Shown here: positions 1 to 7,978 of the stretch, piece by piece | How the letters are laid out: each line of letters starts with the position of its first letter | How positions within the stretch are numbered: the stretch's first letter is position 1 | Assembly: GCF_000007225.1 (NCBI RefSeq) | Contig: NC_003364.1 | Span: 1,170,001 to 1,202,000 of the forward strand | Origin: Pyrobaculum aerophilum str. IM2 | GTDB lineage: Archaea; Thermoproteota; Thermoprotei; Thermoproteales; Thermoproteaceae | DNA length: 32,000 nucleotides | Direction: 5' to 3' | Program-made: the position numbers and the translations under genes | The notes under the pieces: generated by a model | Seen by the model: only the letters and a program-made list of their open reading frames with translations | The model's database searches: none | Told to the model about the DNA's origin: nothing

Positions 1-20
1 GGCGCTGGGCTGTTGTTAAT

Positions 21-1418
21 ATGGAGGAGCTCCCGGAGAATTACGACGTGCATCCAGATAAGGTGCTGGAGGGCAATTTGCCTGAGGAGAAATACCGGCA
101 TATAGCTGTGGCCACTGTAAACGGTAAATTCCACGGAGTGGCAAAGCTTTTCAGAGGGCGTAGGCTCCACATAGTCAAGTCTTGGCGCGCTAAACAGCCG
201 TTGCCCCCGGGCAAGCCCTCTACCCTCGTAGAGGCGGCTGAGTTGAATAAAGACTACATAGAGGCTAAGGCGAAGGAGGCCGTGGAGTTTATAAAGTCGG
301 TCGTGGAGAAGTATAAAAAGCCGGTGGTGGTCTCCTATTCGGGGGGAAAGGACAGCCTCGTTGCGCTGGATTTAACCGCTAGAAGCGGGGCGAAGTTCTA
401 CATATTTTTTAACGACACAGGGCTCGAGCCCCCGGAGACTTATGAGAATTTAAAAATAGTTGAGGAGATGTATAGAGCCGAGGTTTTAATCGGCTCTGCC
501 GGCTCCCGCTTCTGGGAGTCCATGGAGAAATTCGGCCCTCCTGCCAGGGATTACAGGTGGTGTTGTAAAGTAATAAAACTGGGCCCAACTACAGAAGTCC
601 TCAAGGCGAGATTCCCAGAGGGATATATCAGCATAGTGGGGCAGAGAGGCGCCGAGTCTTTCCAAAGGGCTAAGTTGCCGAGGGTCTCCCCCAGCAAGTG
701 GGTCGCCGGATCTATTGTCGCCGCCCCGTTGCAAGAGTGGACAGCCTTAGAGGTCTGGCTGTATATCTTCCTCCACCGCCTGCCGTATAATAAGGCATAT
801 GAGAGGGGGTTTGACAGATTGGGGTGCGTGGTTTGTCCAGCTAATGAGCTCGCCGAGCTGGAGCTAGTTAGCCGTAGCTATCCCGAGATATATAACAAAA
901 TGGCAGAGGCCTTGAGGGAACACTTCAGCGAAGAGGAGGTGAAAATGGGCCTTTGGAGGTGGCGGGGAAGAATCCCCGGGGATTTGGCTAGGTGGGTAAA
1001 AAAAGACACAGGGTCGCCGCCACCGGTTAGAATTAAGACACAAGAGCGGGGGCTCGTGGTGGAGATGGACAGAGAACCCAATGAGACCACGCTGAAAGAG
1101 CTGTTGAAAATGGTGGGGCGGGTTGAAGGAGAGACTGTGGCGACTAAAAGGGGAGTGGTTAAACTCGTGCGCAACGGCAATCAGTGGTTTATTAATGCCG
1201 GGGATAGAAAAACTGCTCTTGACGTCGCAGGGCTTTTAGTAAGGTCGGCTATATGCGGCGATTGCGACCTATGCGTGCAGTGGTGTCCAACCGGCGCGTT
1301 GAAGAGGACTGGGCCTGGGCGTTCCTTTGCAGTAGACGAGGGGAGGTGTATAGGCTGTCTGTTATGTAGTGCGGCGTGTCCAGCGGCGCAGTACTTAGTG
1401 TATAGAAATGAGGCCTAG
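21..1418 (+). CDS. PAPS-reductase / PP-loop ATP-pyrophosphatase family protein fused to a C-terminal 2x[4Fe-4S] ferredoxin domain
   Basis: 465-aa ORF with the PP-loop motif SYSGGKDS. The C-terminus carries CGDCDLCVQWCP and CIGCLLCSAACP cluster motifs. The frame has no stop back to nt 3, so the true N-terminus could lie left of the window. Confidence 0.75.
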   Translation: MEELPENYDVHPDKVLEGNLPEEKYRHIAVATVNGKFHGVAKLFRGRRLHIVKSWRAKQPLPPGKPSTLVEAAELNKDYIEAKAKEAVEFIKSVVEKYKKPVVVSYSGGKDSLVALDLTARSGAKFYIFFNDTGLEPPETYENLKIVEEMYRAEVLIGSAGSRFWESMEKFGPPARDYRWCCKVIKLGPTTEVLKARFPEGYISIVGQRGAESFQRAKLPRVSPSKWVAGSIVAAPLQEWTALEVWLYIFLHRLPYNKAYERGFDRLGCVVCPANELAELELVSRSYPEIYNKMAEALREHFSEEEVKMGLWRWRGRIPGDLARWVKKDTGSPPPVRIKTQERGLVVEMDREPNETTLKELLKMVGRVEGETVATKRGVVKLVRNGNQWFINAGDRKTALDVAGLLVRSAICGDCDLCVQWCPTGALKRTGPGRSFAVDEGRCIGCLLCSAACPAAQYLVYRNEA

Positions 1419-1875
1419 GATAACAGTTGTCGCGCCCAGCCGTATTAAGCCTCTGGAAATACCTGAATTTACGACTATATGGCAATTTAAAGACATCGAC
1501 ATATCTCATTTTCTAGATCTTGCGAGAGGGCAGTGCAGAGCTGATAAAGTAGTAGAGGCTTTATCAAACGGCGTAAAAAGCCCTACTGTCTACGTGCTAG
1601 ACTGCGACGGGTATTACCCGGGGCTTAACTTCGTGTTCGGCCTCGCCGTTCCAGTATTAAAAACGGCGGTAGTCTTTACGGCAAGGCTAGTAGGGCCTAG
1701 GTTTGAGGAGAGGCTAGTCAAGGAGATTACTCACGAGGCAGGCCACCTTTACGGCCTTGCCCACTGTGCCAATCCCTCGTGCGTAATGTATTTCAGCAAT
1801 TCGCTGTTAGATACCGACCGCAAATCTCCTTATTTCTGTCCCAAATGCAGGGAGAATTTAGCGAGAATTCTTTAA
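1408..1875 (+). CDS. amzA: archaemetzincin (M54 zinc metallopeptidase)
   Basis: 155-aa ORF with HEAGHLYGLAHC followed by CVM and CPKC, matching the HExxHxxGxxHC...CxxC archaemetzincin signature. It overlaps the upstream gene by 11 nt. Confidence 0.85.
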   Translation: MRPRITVVAPSRIKPLEIPEFTTIWQFKDIDISHFLDLARGQCRADKVVEALSNGVKSPTVYVLDCDGYYPGLNFVFGLAVPVLKTAVVFTARLVGPRFEERLVKEITHEAGHLYGLAHCANPSCVMYFSNSLLDTDRKSPYFCPKCRENLARIL

Positions 1876-2343
1876 GTAGTTTAAAAGGCCTCCCGCTTTT
1901 AAAATCTCCAGCGGCAGCCCCCTTAGTGGCTTCCCCACTATGACCTCCCCGGTGGTAATGTTCCTGACAATTCCGCCCTCTACGTCCAGCTCTACCTCGT
2001 CGCCGTCTTTAACCTTCTCCCTAATCCCAGGGGCTTGTAAAACTGGCAGTCCCACGTTTATGGCATTACGGAAGAAAATCCTGGCGAAACTCTCGGCGAC
2101 TACGGCCAGCACACCAGCCCCCTTTAGTGCCAACGCCGCCTGCTCACGGGAGGATCCCATTCCAAACGCCCTGCCCGCCACTAAAACAGCGCCTTTTGCC
2201 TTTTTGGGAAATTCGGGGTCTAGAGGCTCCATTGCGTGTTGGCCTAACAACGCCGGGTCTGTATATACGAGGTACTTCGCAGGGATAATTACATCTGTGT
2301 CGATTTTGTCGCCGTAGACCAACGCCCTGCCCCTTATTTTCAT
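1858..2343 (-). CDS. leuD: 3-isopropylmalate / homoaconitate dehydratase small subunit
   Basis: 161-aa ORF with a typical LeuD N-terminus (GRALVYGDKIDTDVIIPAKYL) and a GxGSSREQA-like motif (GMGSSREQAA). A TATA-like box lies about 24 nt upstream (2362-2372). Confidence 0.9.
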   Translation of the reverse strand: MKIRGRALVYGDKIDTDVIIPAKYLVYTDPALLGQHAMEPLDPEFPKKAKGAVLVAGRAFGMGSSREQAALALKGAGVLAVVAESFARIFFRNAINVGLPVLQAPGIREKVKDGDEVELDVEGGIVRNITTGEVIVGKPLRGLPLEILKAGGLLNYLKNSR

Positions 2344-2405
2344 GGCTCTAAAAATGACCAGTCTATATATACATTCTCTGCCAGGAGTATATAAGAGGAA
2401 AAAGA

Positions 2406-2414
2406 TTTATATAG
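2406..2414 (+). promoter_or_regulatory. TATA-like box (TTTATATAG) about 23 nt upstream of ATG 2433
   Basis: A/T box at the spacing seen for other leaderless genes in this window. It points to ATG 2433, not to ATG 2492. Confidence 0.5.
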
Positions 2415-2491
2415 ATATGAGATCTTAAGGGCATGGCTTCGGGGCTCGTACAATAAAAATTTTTGACACCACGCTGAGAGACGGCGAGCAA

Positions 2492-3586
2492 ATGCCCGGG
2501 GTTGCTCTGTCTATCAGCGAAAAACTAGAAATAGCCATGGCCCTAGACGACGCCGGGGTGGACATGATAGAGGCGGGGTTCGCCGCGGTGTCTGATGACG
2601 AGAAGGAGGCAATTAAGTTAATTTCTAAAGAGGTGTCCAGGGCTAAGGTCGTGAGCCTAGCCCGCATGACTAAGTCCGACGTGGACGCCGCGGCGGAGGC
2701 TGACGTCGACATGATCCACCTTTTTATTGCCACGTCTGACATCCACTTAAAGTATAAACTCGGCATAACCAGAGAGGAGGCCTTAAGAAGGATAGAAGAA
2801 GTGGTGTCATACGCCAAGTCCTACGGCGTAGAGATCCTATTCAGCGCAGAGGACGCCACTAGGAGCGACTTAGAGTTTTTAGCAAAGGCGTATAAAACGG
2901 CCATAGAGGCTGGGGCTGACGAGATAAACGTGCCGGACACCGTTGGGGTAATGACGCCTAGCCGCATGGCATACCTCATAAAATACCTCAGAGAGCGCTT
3001 GCCGCCAATACCAATGCACGTGCATTGTCACGACGATTTTGGCATGGCGGTTGCAAACACTGTCACTGCTATTGAAAACGGCGCTGACGTGGCGCAAGTC
3101 GTAGTGAACAACTTCGGCGAGAGGGCGGGTAACGCGGCGTTAGAAGAAGTAGTGGCGGCTGTTCACTACCTCCTTGGTCTCAGGACAAATATAAAGTTGG
3201 AAAAGCTTTATAGCCTGTCGCAATTAGTGTCGAAGCTCTTCGGCGTTCCAGTGCCTCCCAATAAAGCTGTGGTGGGGGAGAACGCCTTTAGCCATGAGGC
3301 CGGCATACACGTCCACGGCGTGTTGAACAATCCCTTTACCTATGAACCCATGAGGCCCGAGGACGTGGGCAATAGGAGGAGGATTGTCTTGGGGAAACAC
3401 TCCGGCCGTCACTCAGTGATATGGGCGTTGAAAAATCTAGGGGTTGAGCCCTCGGAGGATTTAGTAAATTATGTATTAGATGCCGTTAAGAAGCTGGCCG
3501 TTAAAAAAGTCAAAGTAGACGAGGCCGTGTTGAGGGAAATAGTGAATAGATATAATAAGGGGCTTTCAATGTCTTATGCCGTATAA
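2492..3586 (+). CDS. leuA: 2-isopropylmalate / homocitrate synthase family (DRE-TIM metallolyase), short form without a LeuA regulatory domain; the 5' end is problematic
   Basis: 364-aa ORF with typical HxH (HVHCHDD) and GERAGNA motifs. The conserved [11 protein letters not shown] motif is encoded in frame at 2459-2491, upstream of the first ATG/GTG/TTG. See the finding on the G4 tract at 2441-2444. Confidence 0.9.
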
Positions 3587-3650
3587 AATACTAGTTATCC
3601 CAGGGGACGGCATAGGTCCAGAAGTCGTTGAGCTGCGCTATATGTTATAA
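3576..3650 (+). other. leuB: detached 5' fragment of the isopropylmalate dehydrogenase gene, in a different frame from the main ORF
   Basis: ATG 3576 overlaps the leuA stop by 11 nt and encodes [35 protein letters not shown] is the conserved N-terminal loop of IPMDH/ICDH-family enzymes. Confidence 0.8.
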
Positions 3651-3679
3651 AAAGCGCCGCCGCTAAATACGGCGTTGAT

Positions 3680-4552
3680 ATGGAGATAAAAATGGCAGAG
3701 GCTGGCGACGTCGCGTTGAGAAAATACGGTACGGCAATGCCGCAAGAGGCTTTAAGACTGGCCGACGCCGCAGATGTAATTTTCAAAGGACCCATTGGGG
3801 AGTCTGCCTATGATGTAACTTCGCTGATAAGAATGAGGTATACGTTGTACGCCAATATAAGGCCCGTGAAAAACCTCCCCGGCGTCCCCGCCGTTAGGGA
3901 GATAGACTGTGTTTTTGTGAGGGAGAACGTTGAGGACGTGTACGTCGGCGCTGAGTACAAAGTTGGAGACGTGGCAATTGCCCTTAAGGTCATTACGGAG
4001 AAGGGCACGAGGCGCGTGGCGCGAATGGCCAGAAAATACGCTGAGATGAGGAGGCGGAGGGTAACTATTGTCCACAAGGCAAATGTATTGCGGGTTGTGG
4101 ACGGCTTTTTCCGCGACATTGCGCTTGAAGAATTAAAAGGGCTTGAAGTAGATCAAATGTACGTAGACGCCGCGGCTATGGAGCTTGTGAGAAATCCAAA
4201 ACGTTTTGACGTAGTGCTGACTATGAACCAATACGGCGATATTCTCACCGACTTAGCCGCACAAGTGGCCGGGGGAATAGGCCTGGCGCCAAGCGGTAAT
4301 ATAGGCGACGCGAAGGCGATGTTTGAGCCGGTGCACGGAGCTGCTTTTGATATAGCGGGGAAGGGCGTGGCTAACCCAATAGCTACAATTCTCTCAGCCG
4401 CGATGATGTTCGAGTGGATGGGCAGGGGAGATGTCGCAGAGAAAATTAGAGGCGCTGTTGAGAAAAGCATAGAGGCCGGGGTGAAGACGCCGGATATCGG
4501 CGGGGATAAATCCACCATTGAGGTGGGCAAGTTCATAGCGTCTATTCTATAG
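3680..4552 (+). CDS. leuB: 3-isopropylmalate / homoisocitrate dehydrogenase, main ORF; N-terminus separated by a frame disruption
   Basis: 290-aa ORF with strong family resemblance (VRENVEDVY, MNQYGDILTDLAAQVAGGIGLAPSGNIG, FEPVHGAAFDIAGKGVANP). The frame is open back to 3632 (AALYVIKSAAAKYGVD) but has no start there. Confidence 0.9.
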   Translation: MEIKMAEAGDVALRKYGTAMPQEALRLADAADVIFKGPIGESAYDVTSLIRMRYTLYANIRPVKNLPGVPAVREIDCVFVRENVEDVYVGAEYKVGDVAIALKVITEKGTRRVARMARKYAEMRRRRVTIVHKANVLRVVDGFFRDIALEELKGLEVDQMYVDAAAMELVRNPKRFDVVLTMNQYGDILTDLAAQVAGGIGLAPSGNIGDAKAMFEPVHGAAFDIAGKGVANPIATILSAAMMFEWMGRGDVAEKIRGAVEKSIEAGVKTPDIGGDKSTIEVGKFIASIL

Positions 4553-4605
4553 GCATAGAGAACTCAATATATTAAAATATATAAACTACATGCAAATATA
4601 TTTAC

Positions 4606-5853
4606 ATGCAAAGTGAGAGCGGGTTTTTGGCCTATGTCCTAGCTCAGTTAAAAAGATCAGTGGAGCTTGGCGGCTTCCCAGAGGATTTTTACGCAATGAT
4701 TTCGAGGCCAAAGCGAATTCTACACGTGTATATCCCTGTTAAAATGGACAGCGGCAGAATTGAAGTGTTTGAGGGCTATAGAGTTCAGCATAATGACGCC
4801 CTCGGGCCTTTTAAAGGCGGTATTCGTTTTCACCCGGAGGTCACTCTAGCTGACGACGTCGCCTTGGCTATTCTCATGACGCTTAAAAACAGCCTCGCGG
4901 GCTTGCCCTACGGCGGGGCTAAGGGCGCGGTTAGAGTAGACCCCAAGAGGCTCTCCCAGAGAGAGCTCGAGGAGTTAAGCCGGGGCTACGCCAGGGCAAT
5001 CGCCCCGCTAATAGGCGATTTGGTGGACATACCGGCGCCAGACGTGGGGACTAACTCGCAGATAATGGCCTGGATGGTAGACGAGTATTCAAAAATAGCG
5101 GGGAGAAACGCCCCCGCCGTGTTCACCTCAAAGCCGCCGGAGCTTTGGGGAAACCCAGTGAGAGAATACGCCACGGGCTTTGGAGTGGCAGTTGTCGCTA
5201 GAGAAATGGCCAAGAGGCTGTGGGACGGAATAGAGGGGAAGACGGCGGCAATTCACGGCGCTGGAAACACCGGGGCCTGGGCGGCTTATTGGCTGGAGAA
5301 AATGGGAGTTAAAATCGTGGCGGTCTCCTCCACTAAGGGCACTGTGTACAACAAGGCCGGGATTCCCGCGGCGGAAATACTGCGTTATTACAAAAGGGAA
5401 ATTCCCTTTGAGAAAATACCCGGCGAGTTTATAAAAGACCCAGAGGCCTCTCTCAACGTAGAGGCCGATTTGTTAGTGCCGGCGGCTATTGAGAACGTGA
5501 TTAGAAGCGACAACGCCGGCCAAGTTAAGGCTAGGCTTGTGGTTGAGGGCGCTAACGGCCCGACAACGCCAGAGGCCGAGCGGGTTTTATACCAGAGGGG
5601 AGTTGTAGTAGTGCCCGACATATTGGCCAACGCAGGCGGCGTGATTATGTCTTATTTAGAGTGGGTGGAAAACCTCCAGTGGCTCTCGTGGGACGAGGAG
5701 GAGACTAGGAAGAGACTAGAGGCAATAATGGTTAACAACGTGGCGAGAGTATACCAGAGGTGGCAAAAAGAAAAATGGACAATGAGAGACGCGGCAATAG
5801 TCACGGCGCTGGAGAGAATATACAAGGCAATGAAATTAAGAGGGTGGATTTAA
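4606..5853 (+). CDS. gdhA: glutamate dehydrogenase
   Basis: 415-aa ORF with KGGIRFHP and GGAKG motifs. It is near-collinear with Pyrobaculum GDH as I recall it. A TATA box at 4572-4586 lies about 24 nt upstream. Confidence 0.95.
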   Translation: MQSESGFLAYVLAQLKRSVELGGFPEDFYAMISRPKRILHVYIPVKMDSGRIEVFEGYRVQHNDALGPFKGGIRFHPEVTLADDVALAILMTLKNSLAGLPYGGAKGAVRVDPKRLSQRELEELSRGYARAIAPLIGDLVDIPAPDVGTNSQIMAWMVDEYSKIAGRNAPAVFTSKPPELWGNPVREYATGFGVAVVAREMAKRLWDGIEGKTAAIHGAGNTGAWAAYWLEKMGVKIVAVSSTKGTVYNKAGIPAAEILRYYKREIPFEKIPGEFIKDPEASLNVEADLLVPAAIENVIRSDNAGQVKARLVVEGANGPTTPEAERVLYQRGVVVVPDILANAGGVIMSYLEWVENLQWLSWDEEETRKRLEAIMVNNVARVYQRWQKEKWTMRDAAIVTALERIYKAMKLRGWI

Positions 5854-6056
5854 TCCACGGTTGGGGCGATAAGCTCTATTAAATCCTTGGGGCACTCTTT
5901 TTCTAATATCTCCCGGGCTCTTTCGCCGACTTTTTGAGTCACAAGACCTTGTTTATAAAGTTTGTAAATTTGGAAAACAGTTCTACATTTTAAGGCGAGC
6001 TCTGGGGAAAACTTCTCCTCAGCGGCTTTAAGTCTGGGATCTGCCAGAAAGTACAC
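5850..6056 (-). CDS. small hypothetical protein (68 aa)
   Basis: ORF only, with a GTG start, lying 22 nt downstream of the metallopeptidase-like gene on the same strand. I recognise no motif. Confidence 0.4.
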   Translation of the reverse strand: MYFLADPRLKAAEEKFSPELALKCRTVFQIYKLYKQGLVTQKVGERAREILEKECPKDLIELIAPTVD

Positions 6057-6078
6057 GTGGAGATAAAAGCCCGCGGCT

Positions 6079-6471
6079 TTAAAAGCCTGCGTTTATTTTT
6101 AATGAGGGGAAGTCTTCGCATTTGAAAAGGCCGGCGTATAGTTTATAGTCTCTCCAAAAGGCCTTGTTGTGCGGCCTCAACGCGCCGCTTTTTGTCGCGG
6201 GGATGTGGGCAAGCTCGTGGGCGATTACCTTCACTCTCTCCGCACAGCTGAGCCTTTTAAACGGCCTTAAAAGTTCCATAATATAAACTGGATTTAGCCC
6301 CAAGACTTCTTGGAAAATTTTATTGATCCCCCAAATTCTCGCCACAGCCTTGGAATGGGAATTCGGGTTGTACACAACCACGATGTCTACTTGAAATAAG
6401 TGGTTTAGATTGTGTCTAACTACGGCGTTTTTAATATCAGCCTCTACGCTGGCCAGCCTAATATAGGCCAT
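6079..6471 (-). CDS. putative zinc metallopeptidase (HExxH; SprT/COG4900-like)
   Basis: Contains the HELAHIP motif. I prefer ATG 6471 (MAYIRL...) over the ORF-track start at 6531 because a TATA box (revcomp TTTTTTATATA, about 6488-6498) sits about 22 nt upstream of 6471. Confidence 0.6.
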   Translation of the reverse strand: MAYIRLASVEADIKNAVVRHNLNHLFQVDIVVVYNPNSHSKAVARIWGINKIFQEVLGLNPVYIMELLRPFKRLSCAERVKVIAHELAHIPATKSGALRPHNKAFWRDYKLYAGLFKCEDFPSLKINAGF

Positions 6472-6529
6472 GTTTGTGAAAACCCGGCGTATATAAAAAA
6501 CTATATATATTTGCCGAGATAGACGCGGC

Positions 6530-7219
6530 ATGGCCTTTGAAAATTATTTAGAAGCGCTGTGGTACGTAGTGGGGGGCATCCCAACGACTATGTCTCTGGC
6601 TCTCCTCTCATTTGCAATAGGACTAGCGCTGGGCTCTATCCTCTTATTAGTGAGATTTTTCCTGCCGAAGCCGCTTCCCTGGCTGGCCTCAGCCTACGTG
6701 GAGGCCTTCCGGGGAACTCCCCTGCTAGTCCAAATTTTTATTGTCTATTTTGGAGTCGGGGGATACCTCAAGGGCTATGGAATAAATATTGACCCCTTCA
6801 CCGCGGGGGTAATAGCCCTGGGGCTGAACAGCGCTGCCTATCAGGCGGAGATATTCAGATCGGCTGTGCAGGCAATACCAGTAGAGCAGTATTTAACCGC
6901 CGAGGCCTACGCGTTTACAAAGACACAGACTTTTAGATACATAATCCTCCCCCAAGCGCTTAGAATCGCGTTGCCAGCTTTAATGAACGAGTTAGTGTTG
7001 TTAATTAAAGACTCGTCTTTAGTGGCCGTGATAGGCGTCACCCCTCCTGACATTTTCAGAAGAGCTGACTACTATTCTGCGTCAAAATTCGCGTATTTTG
7101 AGGCGTATATGGCCGCGGCCACTGTGTACTTTCTGATTTGCTACGCCATGGTGAAAATAAGCCATTACATTGAGAGGAAATACGCCATACCGGGTTATTT
7201 AAGAAGGGGTATAATTTAG
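6530..7219 (+). CDS. polar amino-acid ABC transporter permease
   Basis: 229-aa polytopic ORF. It resembles the His/Glu/Gln/Arg permease family, including the EAA-loop region (AEAYAFTKTQTFRYIILPQALRIALPALMNE). Confidence 0.85.
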   Translation: MAFENYLEALWYVVGGIPTTMSLALLSFAIGLALGSILLLVRFFLPKPLPWLASAYVEAFRGTPLLVQIFIVYFGVGGYLKGYGINIDPFTAGVIALGLNSAAYQAEIFRSAVQAIPVEQYLTAEAYAFTKTQTFRYIILPQALRIALPALMNELVLLIKDSSLVAVIGVTPPDIFRRADYYSASKFAYFEAYMAAATVYFLICYAMVKISHYIERKYAIPGYLRRGII

Positions 7220-7221
7220 CC

Positions 7222-7956
7222 GTGACTACAATCGTCTCAGTTCGAAACCTCCAAGTGGCTTACGGATCTCTGGAAGTTGTGAAAGGAGTTGACCTAGACG
7301 TATCACAGGGGGAGAAGGTGGTCATAATGGGCCCTTCCGGCTCTGGGAAATCTACCTTTTTGAGGTCTTTAATCTGGCTGGTTAGGCCGAAGGCCGGCTC
7401 TATTGTAATAGATGAAATAGAGGTGTCCTCCCGCACTCTCATGGAGGTGAGGAAGAGAGTGGGGTTTGTTTTCCAGCATTACAACCTCTTCCCCCACCTC
7501 AAAGTTATTGACAACATTGTGCTACCGCTTATTAAAGTCCACGGGCTGTCCCGCGCTGAGGCCGTCGAGAGGGCGTTAGAGGCATTGCGGCTTGTGGGCC
7601 TTGAAGAAAAGGCCACGGCATATCCCCTGCAGCTCTCAGGCGGACAACAGCAAAGGGTGGCAATAGCGAGGGCGCTTGCAATAAGGCCTAAGGTGCTAAT
7701 GCTTGACGAGCCAACAAGCGCGTTAGATCCCGAGCTGGTGGAGGAAGTGTTGCAAGTATTAGAAAATATCGCCAAGAGGGGCACTACCATGTTAATAGTC
7801 ACGCACGAAGTGGACTTCGCCCTAGATGTCGCGGACAGAGTGGTGTTTTTCGAGGGGGGTAAAATAATAGAACAAGGCCCGCCCGATATTTTATACAAGC
7901 CGAAGACAGACCGCTTTAGACAATTCCTGAAGAGACTTCATAAAAGAACAGTTTAA
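7222..7956 (+). CDS. amino-acid ABC transporter ATP-binding protein
   Basis: Walker A GPSGSGKST, signature LSGGQQQRVAIARAL, Walker B LMLDEPTSALD. GTG start 2 nt after the permease stop. Confidence 0.9.
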   Translation: MTTIVSVRNLQVAYGSLEVVKGVDLDVSQGEKVVIMGPSGSGKSTFLRSLIWLVRPKAGSIVIDEIEVSSRTLMEVRKRVGFVFQHYNLFPHLKVIDNIVLPLIKVHGLSRAEAVERALEALRLVGLEEKATAYPLQLSGGQQQRVAIARALAIRPKVLMLDEPTSALDPELVEEVLQVLENIAKRGTTMLIVTHEVDFALDVADRVVFFEGGKIIEQGPPDILYKPKTDRFRQFLKRLHKRTV

Positions 7957-7978
7957 ATAACAGGCGAATCTAAGACGT

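Noticed and set aside
4588-4612. Tandem 9-mer ACATGCAAA x2 (16-nt period) spanning the gdhA start, creating a second upstream ATG at 4590
   Set aside because: The upstream ATG is out of frame (8 codons) and lies too close to the TATA box (4572-4586) to be within a leaderless transcript. A two-copy 9-mer in an A+T-rich promoter is weak evidence for a regulatory site.
486-5630. Antisense or out-of-frame ORFs inside the first genes (e.g. 486..734-, 878..1180-, 1249..1509-, 1940..2317+, 2425..2817-, 2879..3097-, 3224..3412-, 3595..3795-, 3752..4119-, 4153..4536-, 4986..5213-, 5388..5630-)
   Set aside because: Each lies entirely within, or largely opposite, a gene with strong motif support. Their sequences are low-complexity (Ser/Thr/Ala/Pro-rich), and none has a promoter box at leaderless distance.
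5843-5857. GTGGAT-TTA-ATCCAC hairpin spanning the overlapping convergent stop codons of gdhA and the 68-aa ORF; a similar shared CTAG stop lies at 15513-15516
   Set aside because: The stem is short (6 bp). It may help bidirectional termination but falls within what chance and compact gene packing produce.
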